The translations under genes were made by a program, and so were the position numbers. Below the pieces are notes generated by a model. It was not told where the DNA came from, searched no databases, and saw nothing but the letters and a program-made list of their open reading frames with translations. DNA of 64,000 nt from Bugula neritina (taxonomy: Eukaryota > Animalia > Bryozoa): positions 11,412,480-11,476,479 of the forward strand of contig OZ037771.1 of the NCBI GenBank assembly GCA_964035545.1, given 5' to 3'. Shown in pieces: positions 13,789-27,025 of the stretch (position 1 is its first letter; every line of letters starts with the position of its first letter).

Positions 13789-13931
13789 CCAAAACTAGAA
13801 ATCAAAACATGGTAAATATTTCCACCTTTATTCTCAGTAGTGTGACTCATGAAACCAAAACTAGAATTCAAAACATGGTAAATATTTCCACCTTTATTTT
13901 CGGTAGTGTGACTCATGAAACCTAAACTAGA
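13789..13931. repeat. 66-bp tandem duplication, each copy containing TGACTCA
   Basis: CCAAAACTAGAA(A/T)TCAAAACATGGTAAATATTTCCACCTTTATT...GTAGTGTGACTCATGAAA x2 plus a partial third copy. Confidence 0.9.
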
Positions 13932-15929
13932 TCAGGCTGGCCCAAGTCTGGTTTAGACCAAATCTCATTTCATCAGAGTTTTTCTAGAAATTTCTTCTGA
14001 AGCGTGTTGGTATTTTTATTGCACTGTGCCTAGTAACCAGCAGTTTTATCTATATTTACACAGCGTTTTGTTCTATTCAATGACCGCTATTCATAGTATT
14101 CAGTCACGCGTGATGTTTTTTCATTGGTTTATTGCGCAACCATGTCGCAATGTAGTGAATCATCGTAGCCTAGCATTTTCCTTGCACGACTAGAACGAAT
14201 GCACTGTACATTCCCGTGAAAACCGAAGTAAACAAAGGGCTGAAATAACCCGATATTAGTAAATAAAGTTCGTATGCTTTAGCGGGCAAACTTCTTATCT
14301 CTCCTTATAACCTAAGTAGCTCTTACTATTATAAAAATATGTTTTCTTTGGCGGTTGGACCTAAGTTTAATAGTATTATTAGTTATTCATACCATCATAA
14401 GCCTTTAGTATCCTTACAATATCCACAAAAATTGCTATGTTTGAGCTCTGCTTGTACTTTAGTAATGTCCCTAAAAGCAAATCATTTATGTACTACTTTA
14501 TTACTATTATGTGTTTGTTATACCTACCTTGCTGATACAAACTCTGGCAACAGAAGTAGCGGCAGCAGCAGCAACAGTGGCATCGCAACCATTACCAGTG
14601 GCGGAAGTTATATAAAATCCACTAAATAAATCAGTGCTACACTAAAAGTTCAGTCTTCACTTTCTCAAAGCTATTAGTCAAATGAGTTGCATATAAGGAA
14701 ATATAAGCATAGCTGCTCACTCAGTTGGGAAGGGAGCATATACCTTCATACCACACTTTAGCATTGAGGCTACATAAGTTGGTCAGTTTCATTTTAGTAA
14801 TGATCTATTATATCGTCTAATTCCAGCTTTTGTGTTGCACATAGTTATTATATAGTCATTAATTAGTCTAGTGGCACATTGAAACTCTAATCTAAATGCA
14901 CCTTATTATAATATTGTAGAAGCATCATTTCAAAATTAAGAGTTGTCTTCTACTCTGTAAATGATGTTTTTGTTGTTTAATTTCAATGGAAAAATTACTT
15001 GGGCTTGGTAAGGAACTAGTGGGTGTGTTCACAAGCATTTGGTATCAATTAAAATTTATTATTGTACAAATCACTTGACACAAATAATTTTTCGGTCATT
15101 TCTATTTTGTGATATAGTGCGCGTTAGCTATTAGCTGGTTGCTATTTGGTATTAGCTATAGTTGCTATTTGCTATATGTAGAATTCAATAGAACAGCCAT
15201 GCTACGCAGTACAATGCATTAAATTTTGTTGTAAGTTGTAGTCACCATCATACACTGCTATGATTTGCAGTCAGTAATATAAAAGCTCAATGTCAGTATA
15301 AACTAACTGTTTACGACACTTGCTATATATAACTACTGCTGTTGAGTAACACAGATTTGAACTTCATACAAATTATGACTCTTGATATAGATATACAAAT
15401 AAGAAAATTAGAAGGTAATTTCCGTTAAACTTCAATATATTTGTGTAATAACTCAAATGAATTTTATTGAAACCTGACCTAAATTGATCAAAGCATACAA
15501 TATAAAGTTTCAAAAATATTATTTATATATTATTTAGTTCGAAATATAATTAATTATACTAGCAAGAACTGCCTTATAATACTGCATAAAAAGCAATAGT
15601 ACGCATGTATAAAAAGATGAACGTGAAATAAACTGAGTAACAACGTTAGACAATAATCTAGAGAGTAGGTTAATAATCAACTTGTAAAAGAACTATAAAA
15701 ATAAAATGTGGAGTTAACTAGCATCGGGAGTTATCCCACACATTTCTTGAGTATTTTCTCGTATTAATACTAAAAGCTAAATAATAAAATACAAATATAA
15801 CATCAACAATAAAGACTAGCAACAATAAAATGTCATAATAAGGCAGCAAAAATATGTTATATAAAATAATGCCATAAAAGGCTTAATTTGCAATTTACTT
15901 TGCTTATAGCATGAAGCAATATGGGAATT

Positions 15930-18033
15930 CTAAAATGGTTTGTAGCATTTGCAAAGTCGAATCAACACTCTTTGACCAGTCTTAAAATCATCAAATGCTT
16001 TCCATTTACACTTCTGACTGTAATGTATTTCATATCCATCACAGTCGTTATTCCTCCCATGAGTTAATGCTCCGTCCATTTGGCTGTATCTTCCACATCG
16101 ACACATTCTAAAATATTTAAAATAATATGACTATTACACAGATTTCTATATTTTAATGGCAAACAAATGCGCAAATATGAGTTTTCAATTACTTGCATAC
16201 TACTCATTTCTCTATAAATTGACCATGTGATGTTTTCAATTGATGTATATTTATAGCTGATACAAATTTAGAAGATCGCATTACCAAGTAGGAAGTGTTT
16301 AAGTTTAAGCCACCCTAGAAATTACCCGAAAGCAGATTGCAAAATCTAACACTGATACAAATAACGTGTTAATATTTATTGCGAAACCAGGATATTATGA
16401 CAAAATATTTATAAAAATATATAATTAATACTCTGTGTGGATGTTTTCAAGTGAAGTTTATTAAAATAGAACTTCATTTAAGTTTTGTAATCGCCTATTA
16501 ATCAAGTTTCCAGTGGGGTAATTCTGGAACTTTCTACTTATAAGTGTGATAGAACATTATAAATCATATCAGAATAGGAAGACGAGATACGCTATCTGTC
16601 ATATCAAACATTACTGGCAAGTGTTGACAAATTGTGAAGGTATTACCTAATAAGTATGAACAATTCTGGGCATCCCCTATGACTGTGTACATTTCCTACG
16701 AAGGAAGATGCATGTAACCCCAAATATAACCCCAACTCATTTTACTTCCTTTAACGTTACTCACGAAAACTTTAAACTCTTCTTTCCGTATTAGAAAATG
16801 ATTCAGCCCTACTAAACATTTTATAGTTGGAAGTTTCAGTTTGATCGCCATCAATATTACATTATCAATAGCCTAGGATTCTCTAACTCTCACTACACCA
16901 TGGTCATCACTGTGTGTCGTCTCTTAGGCTAGCTTTACCACCTTCAAACTCGAGCATTACTCACCTAACTAAATCTTTCTTGTAGTACTTGATGTGTTCG
17001 GTGTGCTGCTTGTTTTGTAAGGTCAGGGGGTCGTAGACAGTCACTGTCTGCTGCTTTACCTTGGGTCCTGATCTAAATGTAAGAAGTGTTTTATAAAATT
17101 AAATAGAAATGTATGAATGCATTTGCCAATGTAAAACCAAATTGTTTAGTAAATATAAATATAAAACAAACATTTCTAATTCAATTTCCATAGTTCAAGT
17201 GTAAAGTCTGTATCACCGAGCTTACCTTTTAAGCTGCCTTCTGTAGGAACAGTGTGGGTTGTTGTGATATTCTATTTCAACTGGAAACTTGTTTGGGTGG
17301 GATGTAGACACCCCTGTCTCCTCATCATCACTGTCCTCTGAGGCTAAGTCAGGGTCAGACCAAGTGCTGGGAGGAGATGGGGGGGTTGGTGAAACATTCA
17401 GTCTAGTTAGAGCTCTGGTCAAGTCCTCAAAGGGTGGATTGTCATTCTATAGAAAGAATAAAAGTGTTGTAGCTAACTTAGTTTGGTGGCTTAAAGTAGA
17501 AACAAGTAATGAAAAAACATAACTATTTGATTCAATAAACCGTAAATTATTTATTCTAGAAAAATGCCATTGTTTAACGATAAATGTTGTATGATACTTA
17601 CAGTAGCTGTATTTAGTTGGTAGAGATGCTGAGATTGGTGCACGGGGTTCATCGGATACTCTGACGGTAGTGGTGCGTGATGCTGTGGAGGATTTACCAT
17701 GCTTGGAACAGCAGGCAGCTGTTGTGTAGAGGGCACCTGCTGACACCACTTTTGCTGTGTCATTGCAGACGGTGCAGTGTCCAAGTTTGGGTACTGCCAG
17801 CTCTGATATTGCTGGAAGGGTATGTAGGGGTGAGGAGCAGTCTTCCCGAAGAGGCTGTACCCACTCCCTGTAGACATCTGTGCACACTGACCTTCTACTG
17901 AGCTGTTCCCATTGATATCTAATGCAGGTTTAACCTTGGTGATGGCTCTCTTAGTTCCAATCGCTCCAAAATGTCTGCCATGTGGCTCTGTTGCGCTGTG
18001 CACGTGATACGGGGTTAGCTGAGACCACGTCAT
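15930..18033 (-). CDS. Uncharacterised protein, tandem paralog 3 (~312 aa) with Q/P-rich N-terminus and the same Cys/His domain
   Basis: Exons 18033-17602, 17446-17226, 17072-16965, 16107-15930; GT-AG, phases 0,2,2. HPNKFPVEIEYHNNPHCSYRRQLKR|SGPKVKQQTVTVYDPLTLQNKQHTEHIKYYKKDLVR|MCRCGRYSQMDGALTHGRNNDCDGYEIHYSQKCKWKAFDDFKTGQRVLIRLCKCYKPF*. Start codon less certain. Confidence 0.87.
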
Positions 18034-21000
18034 TATCAATAAAATCTATATTTAGCACTGAATAAAAGTTACTAGTAGTCTGATTGTACGTTGGTGAATG
18101 ATTGATCGCTGATATGCTACCAGCTCTTTTATAGTTATACACGCTTCATTGTATCCTTACGCGATTGGATAATATAGAAATGATGACTCAGCACATTGCT
18201 TACTGATGCTGGTGAAATACTAAACGTGCTGGCATCAATGTTAGTGCATAATATAATATTATATAGCTGCTAACAGCAAGAGTAAGAATAGTTGTTACGG
18301 GACTCTATATAATAAGTATGACAATTAACGCGGTACACATACTAGTGCGTTTCTTCTATAGTCAACAATCCTGTCTTGCTAATAAATAAATATTGCTGGT
18401 ACATTATGCAACTAGTGTTATCAGTCAGGAATGACTATCTTACAGTTGCTTGACTCACAAACCGACTGACTTATACAATGTTCTAACACCCTAAAGAGTT
18501 TCACTAAGCGCCATAATAGTATAACATAATAAATTTCAAGTTGAACACATATATGCGGGCTTCATAACCATTACAGCATTTCTATCTCCATACTCGATAC
18601 AATATTTTTAATTTGCTTTACATTATATTACAGTATTATTACTGTTTTATACTATACAAAAGCAGCAGTTTTTAGTTACATAATAATTTCTACTGCAGTA
18701 GATTTGTAAGATTTTGTTTTCAGCAGTTTTCCAACAGAACCAGAATAATAATATATGGCTCATGTGGAAAGGTAACTCCAACATTCCAAAACTATTGATT
18801 ATATAAAATATTATAAGATGTATTATAGTAAACACGCCTCCTCAGCAAAGCAAACTGTGATTGTGGCAGTTTTCTCTCAAGTTCCTTTTAGTCTATTGTC
18901 TGATTCAAAATGCATGTAGATTTTTCAAAAATTTCCAGATATTCAAATTTGGAACACATTAGGTTGAACAATTCCAATTTCCTGTCAAAATTGTATTTGT
19001 GCATATTTAATAGTTAAATTAATTAGCTGAAAAATGGCCGATAAAGAAATAAGACTGTTACAAACCTTTAAACTTATAAACTTTGCCAGTTAATTATCCA
19101 AAATTTATTGCATGCACTTCAAAAGAATTACTACAGTATCTATATTTGTGATGTTTACTGTAATTCATCTGAGTAGCTTATCCATTGAAGGAAATGATTT
19201 ACTATTGGTGACGCAAAACACTGGAAATAAAATTAAAATATTTTACTATCAGAAATATGCAAGTGCTTGGTTAAAGATATAATAATAACATGGACTCTGA
19301 TAGGGCATAATGATCCCCTTATCTAGATTATGTTAGAATAGTGAAGTGTAACAAGGATACAACCATATTTATAGGTGATTGTAGTTGCTGTGTTATAAAA
19401 CTTGAGAAAGAGTTATGCATGGCTGAATGTTACGTACTTTGTTACTACATTGATTCACATTCTGTCTTTGGTTGTCAACACCTTCTACCGTAGATAGTAT
19501 ACTTCCTGTCCACACAGCCACTGGTGATAGAACCATATTTTATTATATTATATACAGAATCTTCTTTACACAAGATCAATAAACTCACAACAAACAGGGA
19601 ATATTTCTTCAACATAATTATAATTATACCCATTTGTACCGTGGAAAGTTAGTCACCTGTAAATTATATCTAATTAGCATGCTGTGTGTTAAGGAATTGG
19701 GGCTATATAGATGTACAGCTATATAATATAAAGACATGGAACTGATGCTAAGGTGTTTATTTGAATTAAATCTAGTAATTAGGAAGTTTTCTAGCTGACT
19801 GCGTGTATCGTATTTCATATAGGAAACTTATAATTAAAGCTAGGCAGCTGTATATTGTTATGTGTAATTTAATTCATACATTACCTGATGTAATATAATA
19901 TGTATAATACGTCATCATAGGCAAGTCAGCTATTACATAGGGAACATTTCTTCTCCAGCTTCAGGGATTATGTAAGGCCAACCGATAATGGACTACACAT
20001 AGGATGAAGGGAATTTACAAATTACTATACTAGTTTTTTCCCTCATTCCATCATATCATTTAACTTGTTTACCTGCCTAAAGTGTTTTGAGATAAAGTAT
20101 ACTATATCATTATTATGTAATAGGAACTCCCATTATTTATTTCCCCCTCGTTTTACATGATTACGATATATACAGTATCCATCATATCAGGCTATAAACC
20201 TTGTCATAGAAAATTTCAATATGTCAGAATTATATAAAATTGTGAGCTTTTGTGCTATTGTTGAGTCAAAAACTATCTAATAGATTTCTGTGAGCAACTT
20301 GTACTTAGAGATATACTAGATGCAATGTAAATATAACAAAGAATTCTTCAGGTAAAAGCAAACAGAGAGGCACGATATCCTATACTGTCATAATTTCTAA
20401 GCCACGTAGAAAACAAGAAAAACAAAATGTATTTGATGTATCATGTAATACAATAATTGATCATACAAACGTAGAAATGGGAATGTTGGATTACACATCA
20501 GCTGTGTTGTTAGACAATATTCTGAGCTCATAAAAGGGCGGTGTCCATAATTTACACAAATATTTGAACTTTTAACATTGCTATTATAAAGTAGTGTTAG
20601 TCATTTATTGTTCATTGCGTGGGTGCATGCATGGCTAAGGTAGGGTGTTCACTATTTTCATAGAGCAGGATTTTCATAAGGCAAAATTTTTTCAGGCTTG
20701 CTAAGCTCTCTAATATTAGTACATAGAGTGGAATTTCCAATTAGCTGATACCAAGCCTAGGCATGCCTGGCTATAGTTTGATGGCATGTGGGCGTTGCAT
20801 AACACATCCGACACATTTCCCTTTTAAGTGATGATTAGAGTAGCATGTATACTGTGGAATATTATCTTCCCATAGCTTTGTCATCAGCTAATCAAGTTTA
20901 GTCAAGTTTAGATAAGTTTGCTATAATCTAAATTCTAAACCAAAACAAAGCTATCAGTGGAGTCATCCTATCGCATCTTATGCTATCAATTGTATAAATC

Positions 21001-23064
21001 AAACAATGATAAGCCGAAATGTTCAAATTACAAAAAGATAGCAGTATGTTGTTTATCATGGTATCCTAAAACAATTTAGTTAAACAGGAGTTATGTGCTT
21101 GTGTTTATACATCAGATACGCCAATACATCTCCATAGAATGACATACTTTGTAAAAATAAAAGTAAACCTTTATTAAAAACATACTGTATAAGTTATACA
21201 GGCATGTGGTTGTATAATTTTAAGTTGCATTATTATTATATAATTAACCATTAAAGATATGCAACATTTCTAAATTTCCTGGATTATCAAATAACTGTAA
21301 AATGAATTGCCCCACTTAGAATCGAAAACAATCCTCCAACTTACAAGCCAGCATGCTGACCCTTGCACATTACATCACAGTAGTTAGCTGATATAGTTAT
21401 GACAGAGCACCATGCGGTCAGTGGGGAGAAAACTCTTAAGTATTTAAAAAGTCACATGTCTACTTGAAAAGTTGTGTACACATTCGTGTCAGTTTAGTTC
21501 TACTCAAAGCTCAAATTGGTTTTAATCTATTATAAGCTGAATATACCATTGGTAGAATTACAAGCACGATTGTCCCATAAACTATACTTTATGCTATCCC
21601 AAACTGTGAACTGTTGTAGTAACTTTTCGAGAAGACAACTCTCACTAAATGAATAACTACTGACCAAGAAACATAAAAGGCTTTGCTTTGTGAGGCATGA
21701 ATATGATACAGTCAAATAAATTAGCTTCAGCTTAGATTAAGTTCACAATTAAACCAAATTTTCCACATTACTCTGAAGCGTTTCAACTTAACTCAATTAA
21801 GATACTTGATGCCAAACTCATTTATCAAAAGATTCAAACTAAAATGTATAGTACTTACAGAAATAATTTATTTGTATTTATTCTGAATAGCAAAAGTCAT
21901 TAATTTTTCCAGTTCAAAGTTTTACTATTGATTTTTTCATTTACTTAAGTTCTTTGTTTTGTAGTCCTTCAGCTGCAATCAGTGGCCTTTTGAAATATTA
22001 TCCACATCTCCTTTCTCAAAGCAATTTACTATAGAATTTCATGATCTAACACATTCAATTCAAAATCATAGGATAATAGAAAGCTGTAGCTGTGTGCTGG
22101 TATGTATATGAAGAGGCTGTTGTTGGTAAGCTATGCCATGCAAACCTACTGATTGGATATTGTTTAGACACTCAGCGTATATTGATAAGTAGATAGTTGT
22201 TGAATAAATATCTCAAGGGATTAGAGCTAACTGCTGACAGACTGAGAGATAGTATCAGCACACAAGACTGTAGCAACTTATCTCATCCCATAGACAGCAA
22301 GTGTATGCTTGATGTAAGCTGCAATTATGGCTAACGAATTTCATTAGACTTTGCCAGCTGCATTATCATGTGTCAGAAGTGACGGAGGAATAGCCTAAAG
22401 GACTTTTCTTAACTTCAGGTAGATTATTTTAGAGTTCTAGTTTATATCGTGAATTTAGTCTATTATAACTAATGCTGATAGACTGGTAATCATTATAAAG
22501 TGCATCATATATTTTGTTAGCTTATAGCAGGTATAAATATTGGAAATATTGGCAAGGAAATTGATTTTTCATCTAGTGTTGAATATTGCGCAAATAATTA
22601 TAAACTATAACAACTAACAAGTGAGTGACTTTGAAATAAAGCTAAGAATTGTAAAATTTATAAGCAAACCAAAAATTTAAAGCTAAATTACTAAGAAAAA
22701 ATTATTTTTCATCTTTGTAGTAGAAGGGGACTTCCTAAACATGTATATACTGGTATCATTTAGACAACCCTATAACCATGAGATCATAATAGTTGGTATA
22801 GGCAATTGAAGAATAAATTCTAATTTATCTACTTTATATAATAACTTGTTGATAAAACACATGTCTAGCCTATTATTATGGGCAATCTTGAACCTGCTTT
22901 AAGTGCTTTATTCTGCAATCGCACATCTGGTGCACACAACTCCCCGGAAACAAAATCAGCTTCTTCTTTGAGATGTGTTACCATATTGATTCTAAAACTC
23001 ATCATCTAAATGCTTCTCTTGTAAAATAAATCATGACAAGTTAGATTAAAAAAATTCAAAAAAA

Positions 23065-23176
23065 GAATTGCTCCTGCGTGCCCTATCTGAATAAATCCTT
23101 AGCCCAATTTAACAAAAAAGCACCTTTTCCATCAGGGGTTTTGCACAGGGATAGTGACTATAAACTTGTTTGAGTG
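23065..23176 (+). mobile_element. 5'-truncated copy of tRNA-derived SINE family
   Basis: Matches the 3' half of 25020-25232 (TGAATAA.T..TTAGCCC...CACAG.GATAGTGACTATAAACTTG). Confidence 0.75.
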
Positions 23177-25019
23177 AGTTTAGTATAATACATTATTATA
23201 CTAAATTCTAAAACAGTATAACATAGTATAGTATAATGTAGAGTATAATAGTATGGTAAAATTTAGAGCATGATATAGTATAGTCATGTTGTTATGGAGA
23301 AATATGACCTCCAAAGAAAAGGTTCCTACTGCATATTGTAATGCTGACCCTGCATATTGTAATGCTGACACTCTGTTTATTAGAGAGGCAGGTGTTGCAT
23401 AGCAACTATCAACTTGAGAGCACAAATATTTGTTTGCTGATCATAATCCTCAAACCAATTTAATTTAACTTGTAGATAAATAAGCTAATCTGTAAAAAAT
23501 GAAGTTGCACACAGCGTGTAGTTCTACCAATATAGTTATAGTAGATGTATTAGCTTTATAATATAGCTATTCACTTTCTACATTGAGTTGAATTGAAATC
23601 GGAATGTATGAATAACTACCATTTTACTTTTAGTGTGAAAAACTTAAAATAATGATTATAAGATTAGGCCTCATTGCAACTTTATCTTCTACTTTTAAAC
23701 TAGTTTGATCTAATAAAATCACTATTGATGCATTCCTTTAGGTTAGTATATTAATTATGATACTTGTAATACCATGTTATAACATTTATGTATAATGATG
23801 TGTTATAATATATGTACATTATTGATATTGTCTTATAGTATACATGCATGTAACGTATGTATAATACTGTGTTATAATATACATGTGTAATACTATTTTA
23901 TATTATACTGTATTATACTAGCTTCATGTAATGCTGTGCTAAAATGTACACATGTAGACCTACTACTCTGTTATGTTCTACAGCAAACTGTCTATATAGC
24001 ATTGATGCAATATTTGCTATCTACTAACACCTGCCATTGACATATAATATTGTAAAGTTGTCAAATTCCCCTCTCACTATACTTGCTATATATAACATTA
24101 TTTAGTCAGCTGATAGTAAGGCTTACCGGGAAAAGATAACTCCTACACATACAGCTTAAAGGCCACTGTATTTTGTAGCTGTACATATTTTATATAGTTT
24201 TGTGGTTAGCCAAAGTAACAATTAGGCAGTTTGTTGTCAAATTAGTTCATGAAAAACGACACTAACATATGTGACATTTAAAAAATGTGCAAATAAATTT
24301 TGAAAATTCTGTAAAAGCAGAGTTGTATAAGTAAATTAAATTGACATCAGAATTTAAATATAGTTTTATAAAAATTTGTAATAATATCTTTTAATATTTG
24401 AACGCTGACTTTTATATCATTACAATATATACTATAGGATGAAGGGGTTAAGTTGCATAAACATGGCAGCTTGTGTGGCTTTATTATCCTTAGTTATTTT
24501 AAGTCCTTATATAACTATATAATTGATTTAATGGTCTGCCGTCATTTGAGTGTAAAAATGATCATCGGATTCTATAACTGCCATGAAATTGGATGATTAA
24601 TTTACTTAACTGTGTGCAAAACTTGCATATGAATTGTTAAAGGCAGATAATTGGTTTCTGCTCATAGCATAAATTATTTGTTGAACGATTTTTTTTATAA
24701 ATATGCAAACATTCTGTCTAACTAATTCTTCCTGACTTGCTCAACCAATCATCATTCACCTGTTAAGAAACAGCTGCTTATAGCCAATTGTGTCTGAATG
24801 AACAAAGTTTACCGTGATTAAATTTTTATTAGTCTTTGTTGAAAACAGTAATGTTAAACAGCCATGTCTTTCAAAAGACTATCTCAATGTAGACAAGTCT
24901 ATAAACATTAAGCTCTATATAGTTTGACAAATTTCTTCACAACATTATGTTAAACGTTATGTTGTTATAGAAGCTGTGTGAAGCTCATATTTTAAATAAC
25001 TTCATATCTTCAGTATTAA

Positions 25020-25232
25020 GGGAGCAGTCGTGGTCTAGAGGTTAGAGTGTTTGGCTTGGTAACAATGAAGTATTGCATGGGTTCGAACCCTATAAGTAAA
25101 GGTCATTGGTGATGTTAGGAAGAGGATCTAATCATATTTTTCCTGTGCCACATATGAATAAGTTTTTAGCCCGCTTTAAAAAAATCCTTTCAATCAGAGG
25201 TTTTCACAGAGATAGTGACTATAAACTTGAAC
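25020..25232 (+). mobile_element. tRNA-derived SINE, near full length
   Basis: A-box-like TGGTCTAGAGGTTAG, B-box GGTTCGAACCC, followed by a body ending GATAGTGACTATAAACTTG that recurs in 5 other loci. Confidence 0.8.
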
Positions 25233-25640
25233 AAGCTTTTACACCTTCAATAATAAAAGTACAAATCACAGTTAACCTGCACAATCTTCACACCAAGTTA
25301 CTAACTACAACTATAACTTCTCTCAGTATTATTGTCAGATCAGTATATTAGCACTTGACTGACTCAAGTGGTTGAATGTTAATCAGTTTAATTTCAATTT
25401 CAATTAAATAGAAATGCCATTTAATATGTAAGAAATGCTTCCACCTTATCACTAAACTGCTGCCAAGGGCAGTTTCTATAACAGAATAAATCATCAAGGT
25501 AGGCTCTCTATGTCACCACTCGACTTGCCTGTAGACTACCAAGCTAGAGCAATCACAGATAAATTGAGCATTTCTGTGATAGAAGTAGCCATAACATAGC
25601 AGCTGAGTTTGTTTGCTGCAAGCAGTTTTCAATCGTTACA

Positions 25641-25825
25641 TGTCACCAGTGCTCAGGTGTCACCAATGCTCAAGTGTCACCAGTGCTCAAGTGTCAGCAG
25701 TGCTCAGGTGTCACCAGTGCTCAGGTGTCACCAGTGCTCAGGTGTCACCAGTGCTCAAGTGTCACCAGTGCTCAGGTGCTACTATAGTACTCAGGCGTCA
25801 CCAGTAATCAGGTGTCAGCAGTGCT
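25641..25825. repeat. Minisatellite, 17-bp unit TGTCACCAGTGCTCAGG (~11 copies)
   Basis: Direct inspection. Confidence 0.95.
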
Positions 25826-27025
25826 AACTAAAGTACGTAACCGTGACTACTGGAAGACAGCATGTCGGGACATCGTACTGGAATCGGCATAGCTTTTAGT
25901 AAGTTAGTGTGTCAGACTGAGAGTCAGTATGCCAGAAAGTGTAGGGAGTATCATGCACAGCGTTGAAAGTAGTTTGTATTTGAACACGCTGACACTATTT
26001 GGTATAACATGTTTGGAATTTATAGTCTAGTCTGCTAGTCTAATACTCTGACAGTCACGAGAAATCTAGTAAAAGGGTCCCATTGGGGAATTTATATCAT
26101 CACTCATCACTTTATATCAATTGGTGAGTGTCTTTTAGTCAAGTGAATTTAGAGAGCTGTGTTTTGTATCTGTTGTAAGCTCCTTGTCGCACATGACTAG
26201 AGTAGCACATGTTTGGCTACTTGCAGCGCATGGAGCTTTTGCACTAAATTAATTATTCAGTGCATTGATATGTTTGACACTTGAAAGATCAATATTATGT
26301 TATTACGTAGTGTACCTGGCAAAATATTTACAATAGTGACTGAGCATTCAACATTTTCTGCTTTCAAAACTTAGTCTAGTTTATTTAATTAAACCTAATT
26401 TGATTAGAACTTTTAACTATACACAGAATGAAATAGCACACTTTTTAGCACTTGGGAAACGGGCTGAGGCCTTTCACCCTTCAGTCCAAATCACAACTTT
26501 ACAGGCTAAAATCTATGGACTGTTTAATTCCCTCATTAGCTTATTGGAATGCATATAGAAACAAGGGCATGCTTGAATTACTATGTATGCTGGGTTTTAA
26601 ATGGAAACATTGGCATCTTTGATCAATTGTATTGGTTATTGAATAATTAAGTAATATTGTTGAATTGATTCGACTGCCTATTGTCAGGGGGCCAGTTACG
26701 GCTGTAACAAACAGCGGTCTCAAACTAAAATGTTTTGTTGAAATGCAGGGAACTCAAGCTATGATGTTGTTACTATTGCGACTTCCAATATTGAATACTA
26801 TAGGCTGCCTGCATATTCAACTTTGGTTTCTAAGGCTGTCTCTGCTGCCGCGTGGCTGCTTCTTTATCAAATGACCTTTTCAAGCTCTAGCTCTTACTTT
26901 TATCAAAATGTTTGTCTCAATCATCAACAAGATTTGAAGCTGCATCCCTGTCATGGAGACATTGGATTTCGATATCTGTACCTTTTAATCTCCCAGCTAA
27001 GAACTAAAATCTTCTTAGCAACAAG

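Noticed and set aside
17951-18142. Upstream overlapping ORF as the true start of paralog 3
   Set aside because: GTG start, different frame, stops before any donor, and no similarity to the other paralogs
22168-22418. Exon-like + strand segment bounded by AG and GT
   Set aside because: Multiple in-frame stops and no recognisable homology
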